DNA from: Auanema rhodensis
Taxonomy: Eukaryota; Animalia; Nematoda
Assembly: GCA_964057225.1 (NCBI GenBank)
Contig: OZ059899.1
Location: forward strand, 930,001 to 994,000
Reading direction: 5' to 3'
Length of the DNA stretch: 64,000 nt
Shown here: positions 11,401 to 26,746 of the stretch, piece by piece
Layout of the letters: each line of letters opens with the position of its first letter
Numbering within the stretch: position 1 is the first letter of the stretch
Made by a program: the position numbers and the translations under genes
Notes under the pieces: generated by a model
Databases searched by the model: none
What the model saw: only the letters and a program-made list of their open reading frames with translations
What the model was told of the DNA's origin: nothing

Positions 11401-14400
11401 GACGCAGCTCAAAAATCCGCATCGAATGCACTATACTACATTGAGAAACGCTTAATACAAAAATTAGTTATGATCGTTTGGAAAATGATGCATTAGTGTA
11501 TGTTGAGTTTCCATGTACACTCAACATTGCTTCCAAAAACATTTTGACAAAAATTTTTTCGAAAAATTTCAAAATAATTTAGCGAAAAGTAGATGTTTTT
11601 AGATTCCGTTTTTCAAGGCAAAGACGATGGACAATGTTATTCATCGAAAAAATTGATTCTTCAGGGTGAAAATCGAGGATATAAGTGTGAACTTATATCA
11701 GTTGATATCTCGGTGCATTTTTAAGCTAGCGCAAATCTGATAACACAGATCGACGCAGCTCAAAAATCCGCATCGAATGCACTATACTACATTGAGAAAC
11801 GCTTAATACAAAAATTAGTTATGATCGTTTGAAAAATGATGCATTAGTGTATGTTGAGTTTCCATGTACACTCAACATTGCTTCCAAAAACATTTTGACA
11901 AAAATTTTTTCGAAAAATTTCAAATTAATTTAGCAAAAAGTAGATGTTTTTAGATTCCGTTTTTCAAGGCAAAGACGATGGACAATGTTATTCAACGAAA
12001 AAATTATTTCTTCAGGGTGAAAATCGAGGATATAAGTGTGAACTTATATCAGTTGATATCTCGGTGCATTTTTAAGCTAGCGCAAATCTGATAACACAGA
12101 TCGACGCAGCTTAAAAATCCGCATCGAATGCACTATACTACATTGAGAAACGCTTAATACAAAAATTAGTTATGATCGTTTGAAAAATGATGCATTAGTG
12201 TATGTTGAGTTTCCATGTACACTCAATATTGCTTCCAAAAACATTTTGACAAAATTTTTTTCGAAAAATTTCAAGATAATTTAGCAAAAAGTAGATGTTT
12301 TTAGATTCCATTTTTCAAGGCAAAGACGATAGACAATGTTATTCAACGAAAAAATTAATTCTTCAGGGTGAAAATCGAGGATATGAGTGTGAACTTATAT
12401 CAGTTGATATCTCGGTGCATTTTTAAGCTAGCGCAAATCTGATAACACAGATCGACGCAGCTTAAAAATCCGCATCGAATGCACTATACTACATTGAGAA
12501 ACGCTTAATACAAAAATTAGTTATGATCGTTTGAAAAATGATGCATTAGTGTATGTTGAGTTTCCATGTACACTCAATATTGCTTCCAAAAACATTTTGA
12601 CAAAATTTTTTTCGAAAAATTTCAAGATAATTTAGCAAAAAGTAGATGTTTTTAGATTCCATTTTTCAAGGCAAAGACGATAGACAATGTTATTCAACGA
12701 AAAAATTAATTCTTCAGGGTGAAAATCGAGGATATGAGTGTGAACTTATATCAGTTGATATCTCGGTGCATTTTTAAGCTAGCGCAAATCTGATAACACA
12801 GATCGACGCAGCTTAAAAATCCGCATCGAATGCACTATACTACATTGAGAAACGCTTAATACAAAAATTAGTTATGATCGTTTGAAAAATGATGCATTAG
12901 TGTATGTTGAGTTTCCATGTACACTCAACATTGCTTCCAAAAACATTTTGACAAAAATTTTTTCGAAAAATTTCAAATTAATTTAGCAAAAAGTAGATGT
13001 TTTTAGATTCCGTTTTTCAAGGCAAAGACGATGGACAATGTTATTCATCGAAAAAATTGATTCTTCAGGGTGAAAATCGAGGATATAAGTGTGAACTTAT
13101 ATCAGTTGATATCTCGGTGCATTTTTAAGCTAGCGCAAATCTGATAACACAGATCGACGCAGCTCAAAAATCCGCATCGAATGCACTATACTACATTGAG
13201 AAACGCTTAATACAAAAATTAGTTATGATCGTTTGGAAAATGATGCATTAGTGTATGTTGAGTTTCCATGTACACTCAACATTGCTTCCAAAAACATTTT
13301 GACAAAAATTTTTTCGAAAAATTTCAAAATAATTTAGCGAAAAGTAGATGTTTTTAGGTTCCGTTTTTCAAAGCAAAGACGATGGACGATGTTATTCAAC
13401 GAAAAAATTAATTCTTCAGGGTGAAAATCGAGGATATAAGTGTGAACTTATATCAGTTGATATCTCGGTGCATTTTTAAGCTAGCGCAAATCTGATAACA
13501 CAGATCGACGCAGCTCAAAAATCCGCATCGAATGCACTATACTACATTGAGAAACGCTTAATACAAAAATTAGTTATGATCGTTTGAAAAATGATGCATT
13601 AGTGTATGTTGAGTTTCCATGTACACTCAACATTGCTTCCAAAAACATTTTGACAAAAATTTTTTCGAAAAATTTCAAAATAATTTAGCAAAAAGTAGAT
13701 GTTTTTAGATTCCGTTTTTCAAGGCAAAGACGATGGACAATGTTATTCAACGAAAAAATTAATTCTTCAGGGTGAAAATCGAGGATATGAGTGTGAACTT
13801 TTATCAGTTGATATCTCGGTGCATTTTTAAGCTAGCGCAAATCTGATAACACAGATCGACGCAGCTCAAAAATCCGCATCGAATGCACTATACTACATTG
13901 AGAAACGCTTAATACAAAAATTAGTTATGATCGTTTGAAAAATGATGCATTAGTGTATGTTGAGTTTCCATGTACACTCAACATTGCTTCCAAAAACATT
14001 TTGACAAAAATTTTTTCGAAAAATTTCAAATTAATTTAGCAAAAAGTAGATGTTTTTAGATTCCGTTTTTCAAGGCAAAGACGATGGACAATGTTATTCA
14101 ACGAAAAAATTATTTCTTCAGGGTGAAAATCGAGGATATAAGTGTGAACTTATATCAGTTGATATCTCGGTGCATTTTTAAGCTAGCGCAAATCTGATAA
14201 CACAGATCGACGCAGCTTAAAAATCCGCATCGAATGCACTATACTACATTGAGAAACGCTTAATACAAAAATTAGTTATGATCGTTTGAAAAATGATGCA
14301 TTAGTGTATGTTGAGTTTCCATGTACACTCAATATTGCTTCCAAAAACATTTTGACAAAATTTTTTTCGAAAAATTTCAAGATAATTTAGCAAAAAGTAG

Positions 14401-17400
14401 ATGTTTTTAGATTCCATTTTTCAAGGCAAAGACGATAGACAATGTTATTCAACGAAAAAATTAATTCTTCAGGGTGAAAATCGAGGATATGAGTGTGAAC
14501 TTATATCAGTTGATATCTCGGTGCATTTTTAAGCTAGCGCAAATCTGATAACACAGATCGACGCAGCTTAAAAATCCGCATCGAATGCACTATACTACAT
14601 TGAGAAACGCTTAATACAAAAATTAGTTATGATCGTTTGAAAAATGATGCATTAGTGTATGTTGAGTTTCCATGTACACTCAATATTGCTTCCAAAAACA
14701 TTTTGACAAAATTTTTTTCGAAAAATTTCAAGATAATTTAGCAAAAAGTAGATGTTTTTAGATTCCATTTTTCAAGGCAAAGACGATAGACGATGTTATT
14801 CAACGAAAAAATTAATTCTTCAGGGTGAAAATCGAGGATATGAGTGTGAACTTATATCAGTTGATATCTCGGTGCATTTTTAAGCTAGCGCAAATCTGAT
14901 AACACAGATCGACGCAGCTTAAAAATCCGCATCGAATGCACTATACTACATTGAGAAACGCTTAATACAAAAATTAGTTATGATCGTGTGAAAAATGATG
15001 CATTAGTGTATGTTGAGTTTCCATGTACACTCAACATTGCTTCCAAAAACATTTTGACAAAAATTTTTTCGAAAAATTTCAAAATAATTTAGCAAAAAGT
15101 AGATGTTTTTAGATTCCGTTTTTCAAAGCAAAGACGATGGACAATGTTATTCAACGAAAAAAATAATTCTTCAGGGTGAAAATCGAGGATATATGTGTGA
15201 ACTCATATCAGTTGATATCTCGGTGCATTTTTAAGCTAGCGCAAATCTGATAACACAGATCGACGCAGCTTAAAAATCCGCATCGAATGCACTATACTAC
15301 ATTGAGAAACGCTTAATACAAAAATTAGTTATGATCGTGTGAAAAATGATGCATTAGTGTATGTTGAGTTTCCATGTACACTCAACATTGCTTCCAAAAA
15401 CATTTTGACAAAAATTTTTTCGAAAAATTTCAAAATAATTTAGCAAAAAGTAGATGTTTTTAGATTCCGTTTTTCAAAGCAAAGACGATGGACAATGTTA
15501 TTCAACGAAAAAAATAATTCTTCAGGGTGAAAATCGAGGATATGAGTGTGAACTTATATCAGTTGATATCTCGGTGCATTTTTAAGCTAGCGCAAATCTG
15601 ATAACACAGATCGACGCAGCTTAAAAATCCGCATCGAATGCACTATACTACATTGAGAAACGCTTAATACAAAAATTAGTTATGATCGTGTGAAAAATGA
15701 TGCATTAGTGTATGTTGAGTTTCCATGTACACTCAACATTGCTTCCAAAAACATTTTGACAAAAATTTTTTCGAAAAATTTCAAAATAATTTAGCAAAAA
15801 GTAGATGTTTTTAGATTCCGTTTTTCAAAGCAAAGACGATGGACAATGTTATTCAACGAAAAAAATAATTCTTCAGGGTGAAAATCGAGGATATATGTGT
15901 GAACTCATATCAGTTGATATCTCGGTGCATTTTTAAGCTAGCGCAAATCTGATAACACAGATCGACGCAGCTTAAAAATCCGCATCGAATGCACTATACT
16001 ACATTGAGAAACGCTTAATACAAAAATTAGTTATGATCGTTTGAAAAATGATGCATTAGTGTATGTTGAGTTTCCATGTACACTCAACATTGCTTCCAAA
16101 AACATTTTGACAAAAATTTTTTCGAAAAATTTCAAAATAATTTAGCAAAAAGTAGATGTTTTTAGATTCCGTTTTTCAAGGCAAAGACGATGGACAATGT
16201 TATTCAACGAAAAAATTAATTCTTCAGGGTGAAAATCGAGGATATAAGTGTGAACTTATATCAGTTGATATCTCGGTGCATTTTCAAGCTAGCGCAAATC
16301 TGATAACACAGATCGACGCAGCTCAAAAATCCGCATCGAATGCACTATACTACATTGAGAAACGCTTAATACAAAAATTAGTTATGATCGTTTGAAAAAT
16401 GATGCATTAGTGTATGTTGAGTTTCCATGTACACTCAACATTGCTTCCAAAAACATTTTGACAAAAATTTTTTCGAAAAATTTCAAAATAATTTAGCAAA
16501 AAGTAGATGTTTTTAGATTCCGTTTTTCAAAGCAAAGACGATGGACAATGTTATTCAACGAAAAAAATAATTCTTCAGGGTGAAAATCGAGGATATATGT
16601 GTGAACTCATATCAGTTGATATCTCGGTGCATTTTTAAGCTAGCGCAAATCTGATAACACAGATCGACGCAGCTTAAAAATCCGCATCGAATGCACTATA
16701 CTACATTGAGAAACGCTTAATACAAAAATTAGTTATGATCGTTTGAAAAATGATGCATTAGTGTATGTTGAGTTTCCATGTACACTCAACATTGCTTCCA
16801 AAAACATTTTGACAAAAATTTTTTCGAAAAATTTCAAAATAATTTAGCAAAAAGTAGATGTTTTTAGATTCCGTTTTTCAAGGCAAAGACGATGGACAAT
16901 GTTATTCAACGAAAAAATTAATTCTTCAGGGTGAAAATCGAGGATATAAGTGTGAACTTATATCAGTTGATATCTCGGTGCATTTTCAAGCTAGCGCAAA
17001 TCTGATAACACAGATCGACGCAGCTCAAAAATCCGCATCGAATGCACTATACTACATTGAGAAACGCTTAATACAAAAATTAGTTATGATCGTTTGAAAA
17101 ATGATGCATTAGTGTATGTTGAGTTTCCATGTACACTCAACATTGCTTCCAAAAACATTTTGACAAAAATTTTTTCGAAAAATTTCAAAATAATTTAGCA
17201 AAAAGTAGATGTTTTTAGATTCCGTTTTTTAAGGCAAAGACGATGGACAATGTTATTCAACGAAAAAATTATTTCTTCAGGGTGAAAATCGAGGATATAA
17301 GTGTGAACTTATATCAGTTGATATCTCGGTGCATTTTTAAGCTAGCGCAAATCTGATAACACAGATCGACGCAGCTTAAAAATCCGCATCGAATGCACTA

Positions 17401-20400
17401 TACTACATTGAGAAACGCTTAATACAAAAATTAGTTATGATCGTTTGAAAAATGATGCATTAGTGTATGTTGAGTTTCCATGTACACTCAATATTGCTTC
17501 CAAAAACATTTTGACAAAATTTTTTTCGAAAAATTTCAAGATAATTTAGCAAAAAGTAGATGTTTTTAGATTCCATTTTTCAAGGCAAAGACGATAGACA
17601 ATGTTATTCAACGAAAAAATTAATTCTTCAGGGTGAAAATCGAGGATATGAGTGTGAACTTTTATCAGTTGATATCTCGGTGCATTTTTAAGCTAGCGCA
17701 AATCTGATAACACAGATCGACGCAGCTTAAAAATCCGCATCGAATGCACTATACTACATTGAGAAACGCTTAATACAAAAATTAGTTATGATCGTGTGAA
17801 AAATGATGCATTAGTGTATGTTGAGTTTCCATGTACACTCAACATTGCTTCCAAAAACATTTTGACAAAAATTTTTTCGAAAAATTTCAAAATAATTTAG
17901 CAAAAAGTAGATGTTTTTAGATTCCTTTTTTCAAGGCAAAGACGATGGACAATGTTATTCAACGAAAAAATTAATTCTTCAGGGTGAAAATCGAGGATAT
18001 GAGTGTGAACTTATATCAGTTGATATCTCGGTGCATTTTTAAGCTAGCGCAAATCTGATAACACAGATCGACGCAGCTTAAAAATCCGCATCGAATGCAC
18101 TATACTACATTGAGAAACGCTTAATACAAAAATTAGTTATGATCGTGTGAAAAATGATGCATTAGTGTATGTTGAGTTTCCATGTACACTCAACATTGCT
18201 TCCAAAAACATTTTGACAAAAATTTTTTCGAAAAATTTCAAAATAATTTAGCAAAAAGTAGATGTTTTTAGATTCCGTTTTTCAAAGCAAAGACGATGGA
18301 CAATGTTATTCAACGAAAAAAATAATTCTTCAGGGTGAAAATCGAGGATATATGTGTGAACTCATATCAGTTGATATCTCGGTGCATTTTTAAGCTAGCG
18401 CAAATCTGATAACACAGATCGACGCAGCTTAAAAATCCGCATCGAATGCACTATACTACATTGAGAAACGCTTAATACAAAAATTAGTTATGATCGTGTG
18501 AAAAATGATGCATTAGTGTATGTTGAGTTTCCATGTACACTCAACATTGCTTCCAAAAACATTTTGACAAAAATTTTTTCGAAAAATTTCAAAATAATTT
18601 AGCAAAAAGTAGATGTTTTTAGATTCCGTTTTTCAAAGCAAAGACGATGGACAATGTTATTCAACGAAAAAAATAATTCTTCAGGGTGAAAATCGAGGAT
18701 ATATGTGTGAACTCATATCAGTTGATATCTCGGTGCATTTTTAAGCTAGCGCAAATCTGATAACACAGATCGACGCAACTCAACAATCCGCATCGAATGC
18801 AATATACTACATTGAGAAACGCTTAATACAAAAATTAGTTATGATCGTTTGAAAAATGATGCATTAGTGTATGTTGAGTTTCCATGTACACTCAACATTG
18901 CTTCCAAAAACATTTTGACAAAAATTTTTTCGAAAAATTTCAAAATAATTTAGCAAAAAGTAGATGTTTTTAGATTCCTTTTTTCAAGGCAAAGACGATG
19001 GACAATGTTATTCAACGAAAAAATTAATTCTTCAGGGTGAAAATCGAGGATATAAGTGTGAACTTATATCAGTTGATATCTCGGTGCTTTTTTAAGCTAG
19101 CGCAAATCTGATAACACAGATCGACGCAGCTTAAAAATCCGCATCGAATGCACTATACTACATTGAGAAACGCTTAATACAAAAATTAGTTATGATCGTT
19201 TGAAAAATGATGCATTAGTGTATGTTGAGTTTCCATGTACACTCAACATTGCTTCCAAAAACATTTTGACAAAAATTTTTTCGAAAAATTTCAAAATAAT
19301 TTAGCAAAAAGTAGATGTTTTTAGATTCCGTTTTTCAAGGCAAAGACGATGGACAATGTTATTCAACGAAAAAATTAATTCTTCAGGGTGAAAATCGAGG
19401 ATATAAGTGTGAACTTATATCAGTTGATATCTCGGTGCATTTTCAAGCTAGCGCAAATCTGATAACACAGATCGACGCAGCTCAAAAATCCGCATCGAAT
19501 GCACTATACTACATTGAGAAACGCTTAATACAAAAATTAGTTATGATCGTTTGAAAAATGATGCATTAGTGTATGTTGAGTTTCCATGTACACTCAACAT
19601 TGCTTCCAAAAACATTTTGACAAAAATTTTTTCGAAAAATTTCAAAATAATTTAGCAAAAAGTAGATGTTTTTAGATTCCGTTTTTTAAGGCAAAGACGA
19701 TGGACAATGTTATTCAACGAAAAAATTATTTCTTCAGGGTGAAAATCGAGGATATAAGTGTGAACTTATATCAGTTGATATCTCGGTGCATTTTTAAGCT
19801 AGCGCAAATCTGATAACACAGATCGACGCAGCTTAAAAATCCGCATCGAATGCACTATACTACATTGAGAAACGCTTAATACAAAAATTAGTTATGATCG
19901 TTTGAAAAATGATGCATTAGTGTATGTTGAGTTTCCATGTACACTCAATATTGCTTCCAAAAACATTTTGACAAAATTTTTTTCGAAAAATTTCAAGATA
20001 ATTTAGCAAAAAGTAGATGTTTTTAGATTCCATTTTTCAAGGCAAAGACGATAGACAATGTTATTCAACGAAAAAATTAATTCTTCAGGGTGAAAATCGA
20101 GGATATGAGTGTGAACTTTTATCAGTTGATATCTCGGTGCATTTTTAAGCTAGCGCAAATCTGATAACACAGATCGACGCAGCTTAAAAATCCGCATCGA
20201 ATGCACTATACTACATTGAGAAACGCTTAATACAAAAATTAGTTATGATCGTGTGAAAAATGATGCATTAGTGTATGTTGAGTTTCCATGTACACTCAAC
20301 ATTGCTTCCAAAAACATTTTGACAAAAATTTTTTCGAAAAATTTCAAGATAATTTAGCAAAAAGTAGATGTTTTTAGATTCCTTTTTTCAAGGCAAAGAC

Positions 20401-23400
20401 GATGGACAATGTTATTCAACGAAAAAATTAATTCTTCAGGGTGAAAATCGAGGATATGAGTGTGAACTTATATCAGTTGATATCTCGGTGCATTTTTAAG
20501 CTAGCGCAAATCTGATAACACAGATCGACGCAGCTTAAAAATCCGCATCGAATGCACTATACTACATTGAGAAACGCTTAATACAAAAATTAGTTATGAT
20601 CGTGTGAAAAATGATGCATTAGTGTATGTTGAGTTTCCATGTACACTCAACATTGCTTCCAAAAACATTTTGACAAAAATTTTTTCGAAAAATTTCAAAA
20701 TAATTTAGCAAAAAGTAGATGTTTTTAGATTCCTTTTTTCAAGGCAAAGACGATGGACAATGTTATTCAACGAAAAAATTAATTCTTCAGGGTGAAAATC
20801 GAGGATATAAGTGTGAACTTATATCAGTTGATATCTCGGTGCTTTTTTAAGCTAGCGCAAATCTGATAACACATATCGACGCAGCTTAAAAATCCGCATC
20901 GAATGCACTATACTACATTGAGAAACGCTTAATACAAAAATTAGTTATGATCGTTTGAAAAATGATGCATTAGTGTATGTTGAGTTTCCATGTACACTCA
21001 ACATTGCTTCCAAAAACATTTTGACAAAAATTTTTTCGAAAAATTTCAAAATAATTTAGCAAAAAGTAGATGTTTTTAGATTCCTTTTTTCAAGGCAAAG
21101 ACGATGGACAATGTTATTCAACGAAAAAATTAATTCTTCAGGGTGAAAATCGAGGATATGAGTGTGAACTTATATCAGTTGATATCTCGGTGCATTTTTA
21201 AGCTAGCGCAAATCTGATAACACAGATCGACGCAGCTCAAAAATCCGCATCGAATGCACTATACTACATTGAGAAACGCTTAATACAAAAATTAGTTATG
21301 ATCGTGTGAAAAATGATGCATTAGTGTATGTTGAGTTTCCATGTACACTCAACATTGCTTCCAAAAACATTTTGACAAAAATTTTTTCGAAAAATTTCAA
21401 AATAATTTAGCAAAAAGTAGATGTTTTTAGATTCCGTTTTTCAAGGCAAAGACGATGAACAATGTTATTCAACGAAAAAATTAATTCTTCAGGGTGAAAA
21501 TCGAGGATATGAGTGTGAACTTATATCAGTTGATATCTCGGTGCATTTTTAAGCTAGCGCAAATCTGATAACACAGATCGACGCAGCTCAAAAATCCGCA
21601 TCGAATGCACTATACTACATTGAGAAACGCTTAATACAAAAATTAGTTATGATCGTGTGAAAAATGATGCATTAGTGTATGTTGAGTTTCCATGTACACT
21701 CAACATTGCTTCCAAAAACATTTTGACAAAAATTTTTTCGAAAAATTTCAAGATAATTTAGCAAAAAGTAGATGTTTTTAGATTCCTTTTTTCAAGGCAA
21801 AGACGATGGACAATGTTATTCAACGAAAAAATTAATTCTTCAGGGTGAAAATCGAGGATATGAGTGTGAACTTATATCAGTTGATATCTCGGTGCATTTT
21901 TAAGCTAGCGCAAATCTGATAACACAGATCGACGCAGCTTAAAAATCCGCATCGAATGCACTATACTACATTGAGAAACGCTTAATACAAAAATTAGTTA
22001 TGATCGTGTGAAAAATGATGCATTAGTGTATGTTGAGTTTCCATGTACACTCAACATTGCTTCCAAAAACATTTTGACAAAAATTTTTTCGAAAAATTTC
22101 AAAATAATTTAGCAAAAAGTAGATGTTTTTAGATTCCTTTTTTCAAGGCAAAGACGATGGACAATGTTATTCAACGAAAAAATTAATTCTTCAGGGTGAA
22201 AATCGAGGATATAAGTGTGAACTTATATCAGTTGATATCTCGGTGCTTTTTTAAGCTAGCGCAAATCTGATAACACATATCGACGCAGCTTAAAAATCCG
22301 CATCGAATGCACTATACTACATTGAGAAACGCTTAATACAAAAATTAGTTATGATCGTTTGAAAAATGATGCATTAGTGTATGTTGAGTTTCCATGTACA
22401 CTCAACATTGCTTCCAAAAACATTTTGACAAAAATTTTTTCGAAAAATTTCAAAATAATTTAGCAAAAAGTAGATGTTTTTAGATTCCGTTTTTCAAGGC
22501 AAAGACGATGAACAATGTTATTCAACGAAAAAAATAATTCTTCAGGGTGAAAATCGAGGATATAAGTGTGAACTTATATCAGTTGATATCTCGGTGCTTT
22601 TTTAAGCTAGCGCAAATCTGATAACACAGATCGACGCAGCTTAAAAATCCGCATCGAATGCACTATACTACATTGAGAAACGCTTAATACAAAAATTAGT
22701 TATGATCGTTTGAAAAATGATGCATTAGTGTATGTTGAGTTTCCATGTACACTCAACATTGCTTCCAAAAACATTTTGACAAAAATTTTTTCGAAAAATT
22801 TCAAAATAATTTAGCAAAAAGTAGATGTTTTTAGATTCCGTTTTTCAAAGCAAAGACGATGGACAATGTTATTCAACGAAAAAAATAATTCTTCAGGGTG
22901 AAAATCGAGGATATAAGTGTGAACTTATATCAGTTGATATCTCGGTGCATTTTCAAGCTAGCGCAAATCTGATAACACAGATCGACGCAGCTCAAAAATC
23001 CGCATCGAATGCACCATACTACATTGAGAAACGCTTAATACAAAAATTAGTTATGATCGTTTGAAAAATGATGCATTAGTGTATGTTGAGTTTCCATGTA
23101 CACTCAACATTGCTTCCAAAAACATTTTGACAAAAATTTTTTCGAAAAATTTCAAGATAATTTAGCGAAAAGTAGATGTTTTTAGATTCCGTTTTTCAAG
23201 GCAAAGACGATGGACAATGTTATTCAACGAAAAAATTAATTCTTCAGGGTGAAAATCGAGGATATAAGTGTGAACTTATATCAGTTGATATCTCGGTGCA
23301 TTTTCAAGCTAGCGCAAATCTGATAACACAGATCGACGCAGCTCAACAATCCGCATCGAATGCACTATACTACATTGAGAAACGCTTAATACAAAAATTA

Positions 23401-26400
23401 GTTATGATCGTTTGAAAAATGATGCATTAGTGTATGTTGAGTTTCCATGTACACTCAACATTGCTTCCAAAAACATTTTGACAAAAATTTTTTCGAAAAA
23501 TTTCAAAATAATTTAGCAAAAAGTAGATGTTTTTAGATTCCTTTTTTCGAGGCAAAGACGATGGACAATGTTATTCAACGAAAAAATTAATTCTTCAGGG
23601 TGAAAATCGAGGATATATGTGTGAACTCATATCAGTTGATATCTCGGTGCATTTTTAAGCTAGCGCAAATCTGATAACACAGATCGACGCAGCTCAACAA
23701 TCCGCATCGAATGCACTATACTACATTGAGAAACGCTTAATACAAAAATTAGTTATGATCGTTTGAAAAATGATGCATTAGTGTATGTTGAGTTTCCATG
23801 TACACTCAACATTGCTTCCAAAAACATTTTGACAAAAATTTTTTCGAAAAATTTCAAGATAATTTAGCGAAAAGTAGATGTTTTTAGATTCCGTTTTTCA
23901 AGGCAAAGACGATGGACAATGTTATTCAACGAAAAAATTAATTCTTCAGGGTGAAAATCGAGGATATAAGTGTGAACTTATATCAGTTGATATCTCGGTG
24001 CATTTTCAAGCTAGCGCAAATCTGATAACACAGATCGACGCAGCTCAAAAATCCGCATCGAATGCACTATACTACATTAAGAAACGCTTAATACAAAAAT
24101 TAGTTATGATCGTTTGAAAAATGATGCATTAGTGTATGTTGAGTTTCCATGTACACTCAACATTGCTTCCAAAAACATTTTGACAAAAATTTTTTCGAAA
24201 AATTTCAAAATAATTTAGCAAAAAGTAGATGTTTTTAGATTCCTTTTTTCAAGGCAAAGACGATGGACAATGTTATTCAACGAAAAAATTAATTCTTCAG
24301 GGTGAAAATCGAGGATATATGTGTGAACTCATATCAGTTGATATCTCGGTGCATTTTTAAGCTAGCGCAAATCTGATAACACAGATCGACGCAGCTCAAC
24401 AATCCGCATCGAATGCACTATACTACATTGAGAAACGCTTAATACAAAAATTAGTTATGATCGTTTGAAAAATGATGCATTAGTGTATGTTGAGTTTCCA
24501 TGTACACTCAACATTGCTTCCAAAAACATTTTGACAAAAATTTTTTCGAAAAATTTCAAGATAATTTAGCGAAAAGTAGATGTGTTTAGATTCCGTTTTT
24601 CAAGGCAAAGACGATGGACAATGTTATTCAACGAAAAAATTAATTCTTCAGGGTGAAAATCGAGGATATAAGTGTGAACTTATATCAGTTGATATCTCGG
24701 TGCATTTTCAAGCTAGCGCAAATCTGATAACACAGATCGACGCAGCTCAAAAATCCGCATCGAATGCACTATACTACATTGAGAAACGCTTAATACAAAA
24801 ATTAGTTATGATCGTTTGAAAAATGATGCATTAGTGTATGTTGAGTTTCCATGTACACTCAACATTGCTTCCAAAAACATTTTGACAAAAATTTTTTCGA
24901 AAAATTTCAAATTAATTTAGCAAAAAGTAGATGTTTTTAGATTCCGTTTTTCAAGGCAAAGACGATGGACAATGTTATTCAACGAAAAAAATAATTCTTC
25001 AGGGTGAAAATCGAGGATATAAGTGTGAACTTATATCAATTGATATCTCGGTGCTTTTTTAAGCTAGCGCAAATCTGATCACACAGATCGACGCAGCTCA
25101 AAAATCCGCATCGAATGCACTATACTACATTGAGAAACGCTTAATACAAAAATTAGTTATGATTGTTTGAAAAATGATGCATTAGTGTATGTTGAGTTTC
25201 CATGTACACTCAACATTGCTTCCAAAAACATTTTGACAAAAATTTTTTCGAAAAATTTCAAAATAATTTAGCGAAAAGTAGATGTTTTTAGGTTCCGTTT
25301 TTCAAAGCAAAGACGATGGACGATGTTATTCAACGAAAAAATTAATTCTTCAGGGTGAAAATCGAGGATATAAGTGTGAACTTATATCAGTTGATATCTC
25401 GGTGCATTTTTAAGCTAGCGCAAATCTGATAACACAGATCGACGCAGCTCAAAAATCCGCATCGAATGCACTATACTACATTGAGAAACGCTTAATACAA
25501 AAATTAGTTATGATCGTTTGAAAAATGATGCATTAGTGTATGTTGAGTTTCCATGTACACTCAACATTGCTTCCAAAAACATTTTGACAAAAATTTTTTC
25601 GAAAAATTTCAAAATAATTTAGCAAAAAGTAGATGTTTTTAGATTCCGTTTTTCAAGGCAAAGACGATGGACAATGTTATTCAACGAAAAAATTAATTCT
25701 TCAGGGTGAAAATCGAGGATATAAGTGTGAACTTATATCAGTTGATATCTCGGTGCATTTTCAAGCTAGCGCAAATCTGATAACACAGATCGACGCAGCT
25801 CAAAAATCCGCATCGAATGCACTATACTACATTGAGAAACGCTTAATACAAAAATTAGTTATGATCGTTTGAAAAATGATGCATTAGTGTATGTTGAGTT
25901 TCCATGTACACTCAACATTGCTTCCAAAAACATTTTGACAAAAATTTTTTCGAAAAATTTCAAATTAATTTAGCAAAAAGTAGATGTTTTTAGATTCCGT
26001 TTTTCAAGGCAAAGACGATGGACAATGTTATTCAACGAAAAAAATAATTCTTCAGGGTGAAAATCGAGGATATAAGTGTGAACTTATATCAATTGATATC
26101 TCGGTGCTTTTTTAAGCTAGCGCAAATCTGATAACACAGATCGATGCAGCTCAAAAATCCGCATCGAATGCACTATACTACATTGAGAAACGCTTAATAC
26201 AAAAATTAGTTATGATTGTTTGAAAAATGATGCATTAGTGTATGTTGAGTTTCCATGTACACTCAACATTGCTTCCAAAAACATTTTGACAAAAATTTTT
26301 TCGAAAAATTTCAAGATAATTTAGCGAAAAGTAGATGTTTTTAGATTCCGTTTTTCAAGGCAAAGACGATGGACAATGTTATTCAACGAAAAAATTAATT

Positions 26401-26746
26401 CTTCAGGGTGAAAATCGAGGATATAAGTGTGAACTTATATCAGTTGATATCTCGGTGCATTTTTAAGCTAGCGCAAATCTGATAACACAGATCGACGCAG
26501 CTCAAAAATCCGCATCGAATGCACTATACTACATTGAGAAACGCTTAATACAAAAATTAGTTATGATCGTTTGAAAAATGATGCATTAGTGTATGTTGAG
26601 TTTCCATGTACACTCAACATTGCTTCCAAAAACATTTTGACAAAAATTTTTTCGAAAAATTTCAAATTAATTTAGCAAAAAGTAGATGTTTTTAGATTCC
26701 GTTTTTCAAGGCAAAGACGATGGACAATGTTATTCAACGAAAAAAA

